Counted from the stretch's first letter, positions 29,180 through 38,934 are shown. The stretch is 51,893 bases of DNA from Acetobacteraceae bacterium (GCA_023511555.1 JAIMBG010000002.1:1-51893), one strand, 5' to 3'. The notes: a model not told the origin generated them from the letters alone. Numbers and translations are program-made.

Positions 29180-30433
29180 GTGCTGATCGGCGCGGCCAGT
29201 GGCCTGGCCGGCGCGCTGGCGGCGGTCCTGGTGCTCTGGGGCGCCTGGATGCTCCACGTCTTGGGCCTGCTGCTGACCCGGGCCACCCCGCTCCTGGGCG
29301 CGCTGGCGGTCGTGGTGCTGGGAGTGCTGGGGGGCGTGGCCTTTGGGGCGCTCTATCCCTGGCGGGGAACGAACGGAAGGCCGGGCGGCCAGGCCCGGGG
29401 CGGTCCTGGGGGAGGCGAGGGCCCTTCAGAGCCGCAGCCCAGTCCCGGGGTCGGCCCGGGACTTCGGGCCGCCCGCGTCCCCCGGGCACTCAGCCCCTGG
29501 GCGCTCGCGCTCAGCGGCCTGCTGCTGGGGGCAGGCATGTGGCTCGTCGGCCCCCTGGTCCTGGTGCCCAGGGTTCTGGGCTTCCCGGCCTTTCCCGCGG
29601 CGCCCACGGATCAGATCGCCTCGCTGGGGGCGTTCCTGGCCTACGGCCTGGTGACGGCCTTCGCCTTTGGGGCCGGGGTGCTTTCCTCCCGGGCCGCGGC
29701 GGCCCAGCGGACGGCCTCCCTCCTGGCGGTAGCGGCGCTGGGGTGCCTCCTGGCCTCGGCGGGATCGACCTTCTTCCTCCTCCGGGGCGCCAGGGCCACC
29801 GACCCCGCAGCCCTGGACCTGCCCCCCGGCTACCGGGCCGAGGTCGTGGCCAAAGGCCTCACCTTCCCCAGCAGCCTGGAGGTGGCCCCCGACGGGACGA
29901 TATACGTGGCCGAGTCGGGGTTCGTGTACGGCCCCAAGACCACCGTGGCCCGGGTGCTCGCCATTTCCCCCCAGGGCAGCGTGGCTGAGGTGGCCCGGGG
30001 CTTCGAGGGGCCGATAAACGGGCTCGCCCTTCGGGGCGGTCGGCTGTATGTCTCCCACCGGGCGAAGATCACCGTCCTGGACCTGGCGGAGAAGGCAGGC
30101 GGTGCCGCGCCCTCCGTAAGCGCCCGGCGGGACCTGGTCTCCGGGCTGCCTTCCCTGGGTGACCACCACAACAACGACCTCAAGTTCGGCCCCGACGGAA
30201 TGCTGTACGTGGGCCAGGGCACGGCGACCAACGCCGGGGTGGTGGGCTCGGACAACTTCGTCTACGCCTGGGCGGCCCGCTACCCGGGCTTCCACGACGT
30301 GCCCTCGCGCGACTGGACGCTGGTCGGCCAGTCTTACCCCGACCTGGACCTGCGCACCCCGGACCCCGCCGACCGCGTGGAGACCGGGGCGTTCGCGCCG
30401 TTTGGGACCAGGCGGCAGCAACGCCATCCCTGA
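29180..30433 (+). CDS. membrane-anchored protein with a partial glucose/sorbosone-dehydrogenase-like beta-propeller
   Basis: The N-terminal half has multiple hydrophobic helices. The C-terminal half has LPPGYRAEVVAKGLTFPSSLEVAPDGTIYVAE, LRGGRLYVS and FGPDGMLYVGQG, which are typical GSDH-type propeller blades. Only about 200 aa of propeller are present before the stop. Confidence 0.55.
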   Translation: MLIGAASGLAGALAAVLVLWGAWMLHVLGLLLTRATPLLGALAVVVLGVLGGVAFGALYPWRGTNGRPGGQARGGPGGGEGPSEPQPSPGVGPGLRAARVPRALSPWALALSGLLLGAGMWLVGPLVLVPRVLGFPAFPAAPTDQIASLGAFLAYGLVTAFAFGAGVLSSRAAAAQRTASLLAVAALGCLLASAGSTFFLLRGARATDPAALDLPPGYRAEVVAKGLTFPSSLEVAPDGTIYVAESGFVYGPKTTVARVLAISPQGSVAEVARGFEGPINGLALRGGRLYVSHRAKITVLDLAEKAGGAAPSVSARRDLVSGLPSLGDHHNNDLKFGPDGMLYVGQGTATNAGVVGSDNFVYAWAARYPGFHDVPSRDWTLVGQSYPDLDLRTPDPADRVETGAFAPFGTRRQQRHP

Positions 30434-30486
30434 GACGGGGGTGCTGTGGCGGGTATCCAGGGCGGCTTGAGGGGCGGGGGGAGGTG

Positions 30487-32103
30487 TCACGGGGACTTCC
30501 GAGTCGGGTAAAGCACCAGCCACCCCCCCACCCACGCCATGTCGGGGCCTGCCAGCGGGTCTCCCGGCTCCAGCGGCCGCTTCAGCGCGAGATAGCCGGC
30601 GGGGGAGGGGCTCCAGTACGGGGCCGCCCAGGGGACGTCCCCGGCCCGTTCGCCGGTGGCCGCATCCACCAGCACGGGGCGGAGCAGGCCGCCTGAGGGG
30701 TCGGCGGCGCAGGCGCAGAGCTGGTCTTCGCCGATCCACTCCACGTAGTAAAGCCTCAGCCCCTGGGGCAGGGGCACCGCCTTCCCGGCCACGAAGTCCC
30801 ACAGGAGGCCCACCCCCGGCTGGCCGCCCTCGGCGGAGCTCTCCAGTGCCAGGTAGCGCCCCCCGGGGGAGAAGCAGAGCGGCAGACACACGGGGCCGGG
30901 GTCCAGGGGGAGGGCCTCGGTCTCAAAGCCTGGGGCGGAGGCCACGAGCACCCGGGACGGGCCGTCGTAGCTGACCCCGAACCCCGCCTCCCCCAGCGAC
31001 GCCCCGGCCACTGCGGCATAGGCCAGGCGGGAGCCGTCCTCCGACCAGGTCAGGCCCGCGGCCATCCCCCCGGCAAGGGCCAGGGCCGCGGTCGCGACCG
31101 GCTGAGGCGAGGCCAGGCTGCTGCGGGAGTATACGGTTATCGCCTGGCCGGCGCCGACGGGGTGCACGGCCTCCTCGGGGAACAGGGCCGTTTCGGCGTT
31201 GATGTGCAGCACCGCCAGCCACTCCGCGCCGGGCGCCGGGAGCGGGGCGAGGTACTGGCCCGGGACACTGAGCTCCCCCGCCACCGAGCCGTCGGGCAGC
31301 CGCACCAGCCTGAGCCCCCGGCCCTCCGTGGAGCCCGGCCCGTGGCGCACCGCCACCAGGGAGTCGTCGATCCAGGTCACATCCAGTCCCGCGTAGGGGA
31401 ATCCTCCCGGCGGGATGGCGGGGATCGGGGCCGCCCTCCAGCTCAGGGTGTCGTGGAGGAAGGTGCCTTGGGCGCAGAACCGAAGCAGCCATCTGCCTGA
31501 GGGAGAGAGCTGCAGGCCCTCGGCCGGGCCCAGGCACACCGGCTCCCCCTCCATAGGGACGTACCAGCCCGTCATTTCCTGAGGAGCCTCCCCGGCCTGG
31601 GGGTAGTGCAGGCTCACGAAGCCGGCCCCCTCCGGAAGGGGGTGCGGCCCGGCCGGCTCGCACTCCTGGGGGATGTCGCGGGCCCGGAACGCGCCGTCGG
31701 TGCCCAGGGTGAAGAACGCCTGAGAGGACCCGAGGTCTCCCCAACCCCAGGCCACCCCCGGGTTGACCCAGCCCACGGACCGGAGGTTGGCGAAGGGCCC
31801 CACCTGCCAGCGTCCCTCGACCAGCGCCGGGTGCAGTTCGGCGGCCGCCGCGGGGCCGGCCCAGCCCTTGTTCGGCGGGGCCGGGGCGCCCCCGTCCCCT
31901 GCAGGGGCCTCGCCTCCCGGAGCGCCCGCCCGGCCCTCCCCTGCCGGTGGGAGGGCCGGGCTCCCGCCGGCGGCGGGGGGCTTTTCCCCCGTCTTGTCCG
32001 CTGCGGGCGGGGCCGGGCGGCAGGAGGCAACAGCCACCAGCCCCAGGAGGAGCAGCGCCACCAGCACGGCGCCCCTTAGCCGCAGCCAGCCCTGTTTTGC
32101 CAT
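30487..32103 (-). CDS. lipoprotein with TolB-like/WD40-like beta-propeller repeats
   Basis: Signal peptide with lipobox (LVAVASC) and a Pro/Ala/Gly linker. Repeated SPSGRWLL, SEDGSRLAY and SPGGRYLAL motifs are characteristic of PD40/TolB-type blades. Confidence 0.6.
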   Translation of the reverse strand: MAKQGWLRLRGAVLVALLLLGLVAVASCRPAPPAADKTGEKPPAAGGSPALPPAGEGRAGAPGGEAPAGDGGAPAPPNKGWAGPAAAAELHPALVEGRWQVGPFANLRSVGWVNPGVAWGWGDLGSSQAFFTLGTDGAFRARDIPQECEPAGPHPLPEGAGFVSLHYPQAGEAPQEMTGWYVPMEGEPVCLGPAEGLQLSPSGRWLLRFCAQGTFLHDTLSWRAAPIPAIPPGGFPYAGLDVTWIDDSLVAVRHGPGSTEGRGLRLVRLPDGSVAGELSVPGQYLAPLPAPGAEWLAVLHINAETALFPEEAVHPVGAGQAITVYSRSSLASPQPVATAALALAGGMAAGLTWSEDGSRLAYAAVAGASLGEAGFGVSYDGPSRVLVASAPGFETEALPLDPGPVCLPLCFSPGGRYLALESSAEGGQPGVGLLWDFVAGKAVPLPQGLRLYYVEWIGEDQLCACAADPSGGLLRPVLVDAATGERAGDVPWAAPYWSPSPAGYLALKRPLEPGDPLAGPDMAWVGGWLVLYPTRKSP

Positions 32104-32145
32104 CTCAATCGCCTCCCCGGGCGTCCTCTGGACGAGGGTCGCCCC

Positions 32146-34500
32146 CTACCCCCCCTGCCCATCGGTGAACAGCATCGGCCCGATGGTGTAGGCTCGGATC
32201 CACTCCTGTTGGGGCGGGGCGGTGCCCGCCTTCAGCATCTTCCTCCAGGCCTCGTCCGTCAGGCGGTCGGTTATGGGGTGCTCGAACTCGTGGTAGGCGA
32301 ACATCGCCCCTCGGCCCAGGTAGAGCCGGCCCTCGAAGGGGAATATCACGTAGATGTGCTTGGCCGGGCCCACCCCCACCTCCAGGCAGCCGCCCCCGGA
32401 GGTGGCCACGTCGGCGATCACCGCCATGTGCCGGTCAGACTCTGAGATCAGGTTCCCCCAGTGGCCGTACGGCGAGACGGTGCGTACGGAGAGGCCCTCG
32501 ATCGTGCCGCCGAGGAGCATCAGGCGTTGCACCTCCTCCCGGCCGAGGGGGACCCCGGTGAGCTCCTTTACGGCCGCATCGCGGGCGAGCCCCAGCACCT
32601 CCCTGAACCCGGCCAGGACGGAGGCCATGTCCTCGCTCAAGAGCTTCCGTGAGGCCAGGCCGTAGCCCATCCGGTTCACCACCCAGTCGAGCCGCTGGTA
32701 GAACTCGGGCTCCGGCTCGACGTACTGGGGAACTATGTCCATGCCGTCTCCGCTCTCGGCGCCCACGCCTTTGCCGTAGAGTATGGTGGCGTGGCGGAGC
32801 TCGGACCAGCTTCCCAGGCAGGTCTCCAGGTCCTTGCTTGACCAGGCCTCTTTAAGCATGAAGGAGGGCATGCCCGCCGGCTTGGGCCCGATCAGGGGCT
32901 GGAGCGCCCACAGCCAGCCGTAGTACAGGTTCGACCGCCACGTGTCCTCCGGAAGGGTGGAAAACTGCGCCTTAAGCCGGGAGAACCTGGCCGCATAGTC
33001 GGGCCAGGCCTCGGCCTCGCGGTAGAGGTGGAACAGGAGGTGCTCGGCCCGGGCCGAGCCCAGTACCCCCAGCACGTCCAGGCCCCTGGGGAGGCGCCGG
33101 TGCGGCCAGGAGACAAGCTCCTGCATAATCTCGGAGTCGGGGATGTACCTCTGGCCCATGAACCTGAACTGCACCCCGGTGGGAATGCCAACGAGCACCT
33201 GCTTTATGCGCGGCTGGTTTTCGGGCTTGTCCATCTCGGCCACCAGCCGGTCGAGGCGGTCGCCGTCGGCCAGGGAGTCCGGCGGAGGCGACGGGCCCCA
33301 TATCGCCTCCATCATCCGCCGGGCATCGGCGACGCTGAGGTCGTCGGTCCGGCCCACGAAGAACACCGTGGGCTCGTAGATCTTGAGCCACAGGGCCTCG
33401 ATTTCGGGCCGTTCCAGGGCCCGGGCCATGAGCAGGGCCTGAATGAGCTGCTCGTCCGCCCTGGCGAGCGTGCCGCCGCGCAGGTACCGGGCGGGGAGCG
33501 GAGCCAGCCCGTACCACATCATGGCCCTGAAGTACCGCTCCAGCTCCGGCGAGCCGGCGTAGTGCCCGCGGGGGATGAACTGGGTGTAGTCCAGCTCGTA
33601 GGGGAACAGTGCCGAGGGGAGGCGACCTTCGTGGGCCCGGATGAGGGCGGCCTCGCTTTCCGCCAGGGCGCGGGCTTCCTCGGGGACGGCCGGGAGCGAG
33701 GCGTCGGGGAGCTCCAGAAGCTTCGAGGCCAGGGCGAAGTAGGCCACGTTCTTGAGCGCGGCCGACCTCACCGCCGGCGCCCTCGCCGCCTCCAGGTCGG
33801 CAAGACTCTGGGCAAGCATCTTCCGCGTGAGCTCCTCGAGGGATGGCGCGAGGAAGTAGCGCTCCGTGTCCCTTAGGGTGAAGTCGTAGATGAGGTAAAA
33901 GAGCTGAAGGAACACGTCGGCGGTGTAGAAGCTCGGGATTCCCCTGTAGGCGTTTCCCTCGTAGACGTAAAAGAGCTGCTCGTCCTCGCTCTGCGCCGCG
34001 AAGAACAGGTTCTCGGCCAGGAACGCGCGCTGCTCGGGGGAAAGCCCCCTGAACGCCGAGATGTTCTCCACGGTGGAGAGGTCCGCCGGGACGCTGTACG
34101 GCTTGACTTTGGGGGTGACCGCTACCGGGACGTAGCCCTGGGGACGCGTGAATCTAACCGTCCCCCCGTCCCGGGCCGAGACCTCCATCGCACCCTCTCT
34201 CTCCACCGCCGCGGCGGGGCGGGACCTCGCCTGCGCCCACTCGTCCTCCCAGGTGGATGGCCCGCCCGCCTCAGGCGGGGGTGCGCCCTCGCCCGGGGCG
34301 CCCCCGGGAGTCTCCGGCGGGCTCGCGGGCCCCGGGGCAGGCCGGCCTGGCGCGGACGGCCCGGCGGAGGGGCCGGCCCCCGGGGCGACCGGGCCAGCGG
34401 GGCGGGGCCTGCAGCCGAGCGGGCCGGCTGCCAGGACGGCGCAGAGGAGGACGGCCACTGCTGCCTGGAACCACGGCCTTACACTCGCGACGGATTTCAC
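32146..34500 (-). CDS. large secreted/lipoprotein, DUF3160-like
   Basis: N-terminal hydrophobic segment ending in LGC, then a Pro-rich linker and about 650 aa of globular sequence (FRGLSPEQRAFLAENLFFA, QLFYVYE). From memory this resembles DUF3160 proteins. GTG 34500 is better spaced from GGAGGTG than the ORF-track start at 34509. Confidence 0.5.
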   Translation of the reverse strand: MKSVASVRPWFQAAVAVLLCAVLAAGPLGCRPRPAGPVAPGAGPSAGPSAPGRPAPGPASPPETPGGAPGEGAPPPEAGGPSTWEDEWAQARSRPAAAVEREGAMEVSARDGGTVRFTRPQGYVPVAVTPKVKPYSVPADLSTVENISAFRGLSPEQRAFLAENLFFAAQSEDEQLFYVYEGNAYRGIPSFYTADVFLQLFYLIYDFTLRDTERYFLAPSLEELTRKMLAQSLADLEAARAPAVRSAALKNVAYFALASKLLELPDASLPAVPEEARALAESEAALIRAHEGRLPSALFPYELDYTQFIPRGHYAGSPELERYFRAMMWYGLAPLPARYLRGGTLARADEQLIQALLMARALERPEIEALWLKIYEPTVFFVGRTDDLSVADARRMMEAIWGPSPPPDSLADGDRLDRLVAEMDKPENQPRIKQVLVGIPTGVQFRFMGQRYIPDSEIMQELVSWPHRRLPRGLDVLGVLGSARAEHLLFHLYREAEAWPDYAARFSRLKAQFSTLPEDTWRSNLYYGWLWALQPLIGPKPAGMPSFMLKEAWSSKDLETCLGSWSELRHATILYGKGVGAESGDGMDIVPQYVEPEPEFYQRLDWVVNRMGYGLASRKLLSEDMASVLAGFREVLGLARDAAVKELTGVPLGREEVQRLMLLGGTIEGLSVRTVSPYGHWGNLISESDRHMAVIADVATSGGGCLEVGVGPAKHIYVIFPFEGRLYLGRGAMFAYHEFEHPITDRLTDEAWRKMLKAGTAPPQQEWIRAYTIGPMLFTDGQGG

Positions 34501-34600
34501 TGCATCCACCTCCTGGCGGGCAGGGCGTACGGGGCCAAAGCCCCGCCGCTAACGCGGCCCGATTGCCGGGATCGCTCCGGCAGCCCCAAATGCCTAGACG

Positions 34601-35470
34601 TCAGGACGGCGCCAGGGTTCCCGGCCAGACCCCGGGCGGGAGCGGCCCCGGCCGGCCAGCCGCAGGCCCGGCTTCCTCCGGCGGGACCGGGGTGTGGCTG
34701 AAGCTTCCCTGGCCGGGGAGCATGACCTTGCCGTCCTCAACGCACAGGCCTGCTACCCCCGGCCTTTGCGGGTCAAAGGTCGGCGCGGCGGGGAAGGTGG
34801 GCGAAAGCGCCTCGCCCTCGAACCCGAAGCCCGCCCAGCCGAAAGCGGCGACGTAGGCCCTGCCGCGCGGGGCGAGCATCAGCGCCACCAGCTCCGCCCT
34901 GCCGTCCCCGTCCACGTCCCCCGCCGCCAGGTCACAAAACGGGCCGGGCAGCCTGGAGCCCAGCCACTTGGGTACCAGCCGCAGCCGGCCGCCGCCTGTC
35001 TCGAGGTCGTACACGAAGGGCCGCGGGGCAGGGGAGGGGTCGAGCGCGGCGGGCTTCCACACCCCCACCAGGAGGTCCGTCCGGCCGTCGCCGTCGAAAT
35101 CGCCGGCGTCTACCTTCCACGGCCGCTTTCCCATGAGCCCCACGAACGCCAGGCGGGGGCGCAGGGGCTGCGGCCCCAGGGTCCAAAGCTGCAGCCACTC
35201 TCCGGTGGGGGGGCGGGCCCCTCCAGGCCCGCACCACAGGCCGGACTCCACCACCTCAGCCCGGACCGGCGTACCGTCGGCCAGGAGAAACTCGGCGCGG
35301 GCCATGGCGCTGCGTGGGCCGGGCCCGGGCAAAAGCGCCACCAGCAGCAGGCCGGCGGAGAACGCCGCGGCGGCAAGAACCGGGAGCAGAGCCCGCCAGG
35401 CCCTCCTGCCAGCTCCTTTCCGCGCCGTGCAGGCGGCGCCCCGCCTTTCTCCGCCCCCTGGCGGTGTCAC
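34601..35470 (-). CDS. membrane-anchored FG-GAP/VCBS-like repeat protein
   Basis: One TM helix (ALLPVLAAAAFSAGLLLVALL), then calcium-binding-type repeats DFDGDGRTDLLVG and GDVDGDGRAELVAL. GTG 35470 was chosen. The longer ORF reaching 35803 has an R/P/G-rich N-terminus that looks non-coding. Confidence 0.6.
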   Translation of the reverse strand: MTPPGGGERRGAACTARKGAGRRAWRALLPVLAAAAFSAGLLLVALLPGPGPRSAMARAEFLLADGTPVRAEVVESGLWCGPGGARPPTGEWLQLWTLGPQPLRPRLAFVGLMGKRPWKVDAGDFDGDGRTDLLVGVWKPAALDPSPAPRPFVYDLETGGGRLRLVPKWLGSRLPGPFCDLAAGDVDGDGRAELVALMLAPRGRAYVAAFGWAGFGFEGEALSPTFPAAPTFDPQRPGVAGLCVEDGKVMLPGQGSFSHTPVPPEEAGPAAGRPGPLPPGVWPGTLAPS

Positions 35471-35605
35471 GGCTCCCGACTCCCCACCCTTCCCCCCATG
35501 CCGTCCTAGAGTCCTAAAGTGAGGATTAGACGCTCTGCCCGGTTTTCCTGTGAAGCCCCCGCCTTTCCCCTGCCGTCGGCCCCGAGGGTGGATCCTGGCG
35601 GGGGG

Positions 35606-35634
35606 TGGTTCGGTCGCCTGCCGGCTGGTATAAT
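35606..35634 (+). promoter_or_regulatory. candidate extended -10 promoter upstream of the 35757 gene pair
   Basis: TGgTATAAT at 35626-35634 with a weak -35. It lies 120 nt upstream of ATG 35757. Confidence 0.4.
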
Positions 35635-35756
35635 GAGGCTGAAGGCGGTGATTGGCCTGCTGCAAACGGGCGCTTCGGGCGAGAAGCCCCGGGCCGGCCG
35701 AGCCTGGAGGCGGCCGGGAACGAGCTCCTCCGCTGTGGCGACTGGAGGTGGTAGGA

Positions 35757-36086
35757 ATGGCAACCAGGCTGCTCCAGTTCAGTCTTGGAGGCGGCGAGGT
35801 CATTCACGTGGAGGTGGAGGCGCCCCCGCCCGCGGCGGGCGTGTTCAGGGGGGCTCCCCCGCCCCGGGTCATAGAGGACACGCATAAGGCGTTCGACGCA
35901 GCCCTGGGGAAGATCAGGCCGGTCGCCGAGAGCCTCGTGGGGCACCTGCGGGGCATGCTCCACGCGCCCGAGGAGATAGAGGTCGAGTTCGGCGTCAAGA
36001 TGGACGCCGAGGCGGGCGTGGTCCTGGCCAGGTGCGGCATGGAGGCCAACCTGGTGCTGACGCTCACCTGGAGGAAGACGGAGTAG
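35757..36086 (+). CDS. small (109 aa) protein resembling trypsin-co-occurring-domain-2 / CU044_2847-type proteins
   Basis: ATG 35757 follows GGAGGTGGTAGGA. The N-terminus is LLQFSLGGGEVIHVEVE. The C-terminal signature is PEEIEVEFGVKMDAEAGVVLARCGMEANLVLTLTWRK. The family assignment comes from recollection of this signature only. Confidence 0.55.
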   Translation: MATRLLQFSLGGGEVIHVEVEAPPPAAGVFRGAPPPRVIEDTHKAFDAALGKIRPVAESLVGHLRGMLHAPEEIEVEFGVKMDAEAGVVLARCGMEANLVLTLTWRKTE

Positions 36087-36147
36087 GGTTGCGGGGCAGG
36101 GAAGACGCTGGCCGGGCGGTGATCCAGCCGGCCCAGGCCGTTAGGGG

Positions 36148-36741
36148 GTGGAGGCTGTGCATTCAGTCTTGAAGCTGTATCGCTTCGGCCGGGGGAGGAG
36201 GGGGAAGCCCCGCACCGCGTGGCGGTCCCTCCGAACAGGGGCGGCGGGCTTCCTGGCTGGCGCGCCCCTGGCGGTGCTCTTGCTCCTGGCCGTGCTGGCG
36301 GGGCTGGGAATCCTCGGGGGCGCCGCCGGCTGCCAGCGGCCCTCGAGCGGGGCGGCTTTGCCCCAACCCCGATTCGAACTCACCCTGCCCGTCGTCCCGG
36401 CGAGGGCCTTTGGCGAGGACGGCACGGCGGAGGTTCCCTGGACCGACCCCGCAATGAGAGGCTGGATCAACCAGGGGTTCCTGGCCTCGGCAGGGAGGGA
36501 GATAAAGGTACGGCTGGAGGGGAGGGTTCTGGGGCTCTCCGGCGGCACGGTGAGGGTCACCACCCGGGCAGCCGGCACCGAGCGGGAACAGGGGTCTTTC
36601 GACGTCGCGGCCGACGGCTCCTGGCTGGGCAGCGTCTGGCTTGACCGCCGGCTGCCGCCCATGGTGCTCAGGATGGAGGTAGACGTCCCCGGCGGCCCGG
36701 TGCTGGTCCGGCAGCTTAGCATAACCGGGCCGGGGGCGTAA
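36148..36741 (+). CDS. hypothetical membrane-anchored/lipoprotein-like protein
   Basis: Basic N-terminus, one TM helix ending in GGAAGC (lipobox-like), and about 135 aa of beta-rich ectodomain with no motif I recognise. It lies 61 nt downstream of the previous gene. Confidence 0.5.
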   Translation: MEAVHSVLKLYRFGRGRRGKPRTAWRSLRTGAAGFLAGAPLAVLLLLAVLAGLGILGGAAGCQRPSSGAALPQPRFELTLPVVPARAFGEDGTAEVPWTDPAMRGWINQGFLASAGREIKVRLEGRVLGLSGGTVRVTTRAAGTEREQGSFDVAADGSWLGSVWLDRRLPPMVLRMEVDVPGGPVLVRQLSITGPGA

Positions 36742-36959
36742 GAGACGCTGGGAGTATAGGCGCGGCGGGATTGGGTCCAGGCAGAGCCCCTGCATTCCCC
36801 ACGCAGGATTTCCTGCGCCTTCGGTGAAAGTAGTAGGCGGGGGCTGTCTGTCGGCGACCGGCCACGCCGAAGGCGGCTTCGGCCGCGGTCGGCGGCCTCT
36901 CACCCCGACGGCCGCAGCCAGCCTGCGGGTTCAGCTTTCTGAAGGCGAGGGATGGTGAC

Positions 36960-38111
36960 GTGGCTCAAGAGGCCCATGGGAGAGCCCCTGCCGCCCCGCT
37001 GGTCTCTGATGTCGTGGCGCTGATCGAGGAGCTGGCGCCGCCGGAGCTGGCCGAGCCCGGGGACCGCATCGGGTTTATGCTGGGCGACCCCGGCGCGCTG
37101 CTGACTCGCGTCCTTTTCGCGCTCGACCTCACCTCGGCGGTGCTGGAGGAGGCCGTCCAGGCCGGGGCGGGCCTGCTGGTGCTGCACCACCCGCCGCCCT
37201 GGGCGGTGCTGGACCGGGCCACCCTCGACCGGCCCGCCGGAAGGCTGCTCTGCGGGGCCGTCCGGGCGGGGCTGGCCGTCTACGTGGCCCACACCAACTG
37301 GGACTGGGCGCCCCGGGGGGTGGCCGATGCCCTGGCCCGCCGCCTGGCGCTGGCCGACCCCCGGCCCCTGGTGGTGGCGGGGACTCACCCCCACTACAAG
37401 CTGGTCGTGTTCGTCCCCAAGGGCTACGAGGACGCGGTGCGCGACGCCATGGCCGAGGCCGGGGCGGGGTGGATAGGCAAGTACAGCCACTGCACCTTCA
37501 TGGCCCCCGGCACCGGCACCTTCAAGGCCCAGGAGGGGGCCCAGCCGTTCCTCGGCCGGGTGGGGGAGCTGGAGAAGGCGGAGGAGCACAGGCTGGAGAC
37601 CATAGTCCCCCGAGCCGCCCTGCCCAGGGTGCTCCAGGCGATGAGGGCCGCCCACCCCTACGAGGAGGTGGCCTACGACGTCTATCGCCTGGAGAACCCC
37701 GGGGTGCCCTGGGGCCGGGGCCGGGTGGGCCGGCTGGCCAGGCCCTGCACCCTGGGCGAGCTGGCCGACAGGGTCAAGGCGGTCCTGGGCGTAGACCGGG
37801 TGCGCCTGGTAGGCGGCCCCGGGGTGGAGGTGCGCATCCTGGCGTGCACCCCCGGCCGATTGGTGCCCGGGGGCCTCGAGGCGGCGCGGGCCCAGGGGGC
37901 CGAGGCCCTGGTGGTGGGCGAGGCCAGGTACGCCGAGGTCTTGGAGGCTGCGGAGGCAGGGCTGGGCCTGATCGAGGCCGGTCATTACGCCACTGAGGCA
38001 GTGGGTCTGTCCGTACTGGCCTCCCTGGTCCAGGACCGGCTGGTGGAGCGGGGGTTTTCGGCGCAGGCGACGGTCTCTGCGGCGGGCAGAGACCCGGTCC
38101 GCTGCCTGTGA
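36960..38111 (+). CDS. Nif3-like dinuclear metal centre protein (YqfO/GTP cyclohydrolase 1 type 2 homologue)
   Basis: VVALIEELAPPELAEPGDRIGFMLGDP, LLVLHHPPPW, VAHTNWD, a PII-like insertion (YKLVVFVPKGYEDAVRDAM) and C-terminal EAGHYATE. Confidence 0.85.
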   Translation: MAQEAHGRAPAAPLVSDVVALIEELAPPELAEPGDRIGFMLGDPGALLTRVLFALDLTSAVLEEAVQAGAGLLVLHHPPPWAVLDRATLDRPAGRLLCGAVRAGLAVYVAHTNWDWAPRGVADALARRLALADPRPLVVAGTHPHYKLVVFVPKGYEDAVRDAMAEAGAGWIGKYSHCTFMAPGTGTFKAQEGAQPFLGRVGELEKAEEHRLETIVPRAALPRVLQAMRAAHPYEEVAYDVYRLENPGVPWGRGRVGRLARPCTLGELADRVKAVLGVDRVRLVGGPGVEVRILACTPGRLVPGGLEAARAQGAEALVVGEARYAEVLEAAEAGLGLIEAGHYATEAVGLSVLASLVQDRLVERGFSAQATVSAAGRDPVRCL

Positions 38112-38169
38112 GGGGCACGGCCGCTTGCGGCCGTGCCTTTCCGGTTGTTTGAGAGGGGGGGAAGGGGCA

Positions 38170-38901
38170 GTGGCCGAGGAGGGTCTTCAGGCCGAGCTGC
38201 TCCGGCTGCTCAGGCTGCAGGGCCTCGACAGCCAGAGGGACGCGCTTGCCGCCCGACTGGCGGAGCTTGAGTCCAGCCCCATCCCGGCCCAGCTCCGCGG
38301 GGAGGTGGACCAGGCGGTCGCGGAGCTTGAGGCCTCGAGGCAGGAGATAGCCACGCTCAAGCGCCAGGCGCGCTGGCACGAGCGCGAGGCCGACGCGGCG
38401 CGCGAGGAGCGCAGGGCGGTGGAGCAGCGGCTTTACGGCGGCGAGGTCCGCAGCCTCAAAGAGATGGAGCAGATGGAGAAGAAGATCCAGGCGCTGAAGG
38501 ACAGGGCGGGCCAGCTCGAAGAGCAGGCGCTCCTGGCCATGGAGCGCCTGGACGAGCTGGAGAAGGGCCTGGGGGCGCTCGAGGCGCGGGTTGCCGAAGC
38601 CAGGCGGCGCCTGGAGGAGGAGGAGGCGGAGCTCGCCCGCCAGGCGGCGGCCTGCCGGACGGAGCTGGAGGAGGCCAGCTCGAGGCGCGAGGCCCTGGCC
38701 GTCCAGGTAGACCCGGCTCACCTGGAGCTTTACGAGTACCTGCGGTCAAAGAAGGCCGGGCTGGCCGTGGTTGAGCTCAAGGGCGGCGCCTGCGGCGCCT
38801 GCCGCGTCGCCCTTCCGGTCATCCTCGCCAACCGGGTGAAGAGGGCCGAGGACCTCTGCCGCTGCGAGAACTGCGGCCGGCTGTTGTGCTGGGTGGGTTA
38901 G
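38170..38901 (+). CDS. coiled-coil protein with C4-type zinc ribbon (COG1579/DUF164-like)
   Basis: A long heptad-rich region ends in CGACRVALP...CRCENCGRLL. It is conserved as a neighbour of Nif3. GTG 38170 lies within the ORF that opens at 38125. Confidence 0.8.
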   Translation: MAEEGLQAELLRLLRLQGLDSQRDALAARLAELESSPIPAQLRGEVDQAVAELEASRQEIATLKRQARWHEREADAAREERRAVEQRLYGGEVRSLKEMEQMEKKIQALKDRAGQLEEQALLAMERLDELEKGLGALEARVAEARRRLEEEEAELARQAAACRTELEEASSRREALAVQVDPAHLELYEYLRSKKAGLAVVELKGGACGACRVALPVILANRVKRAEDLCRCENCGRLLCWVG

Positions 38902-38934
38902 AACAGTTGGCCCCGACTGGAGGCGGGTTTCAAA

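Noticed and set aside
35635-35756. Possible riboswitch (for example c-di-GMP, because of GCAAACGGGC) in the 5' leader of the trypco2-like gene.
   Set aside because: Only a hexamer-level resemblance exists. The paired GGCAAA/ACGCAAAGC tetraloop-receptor architecture of GEMM-I is absent.
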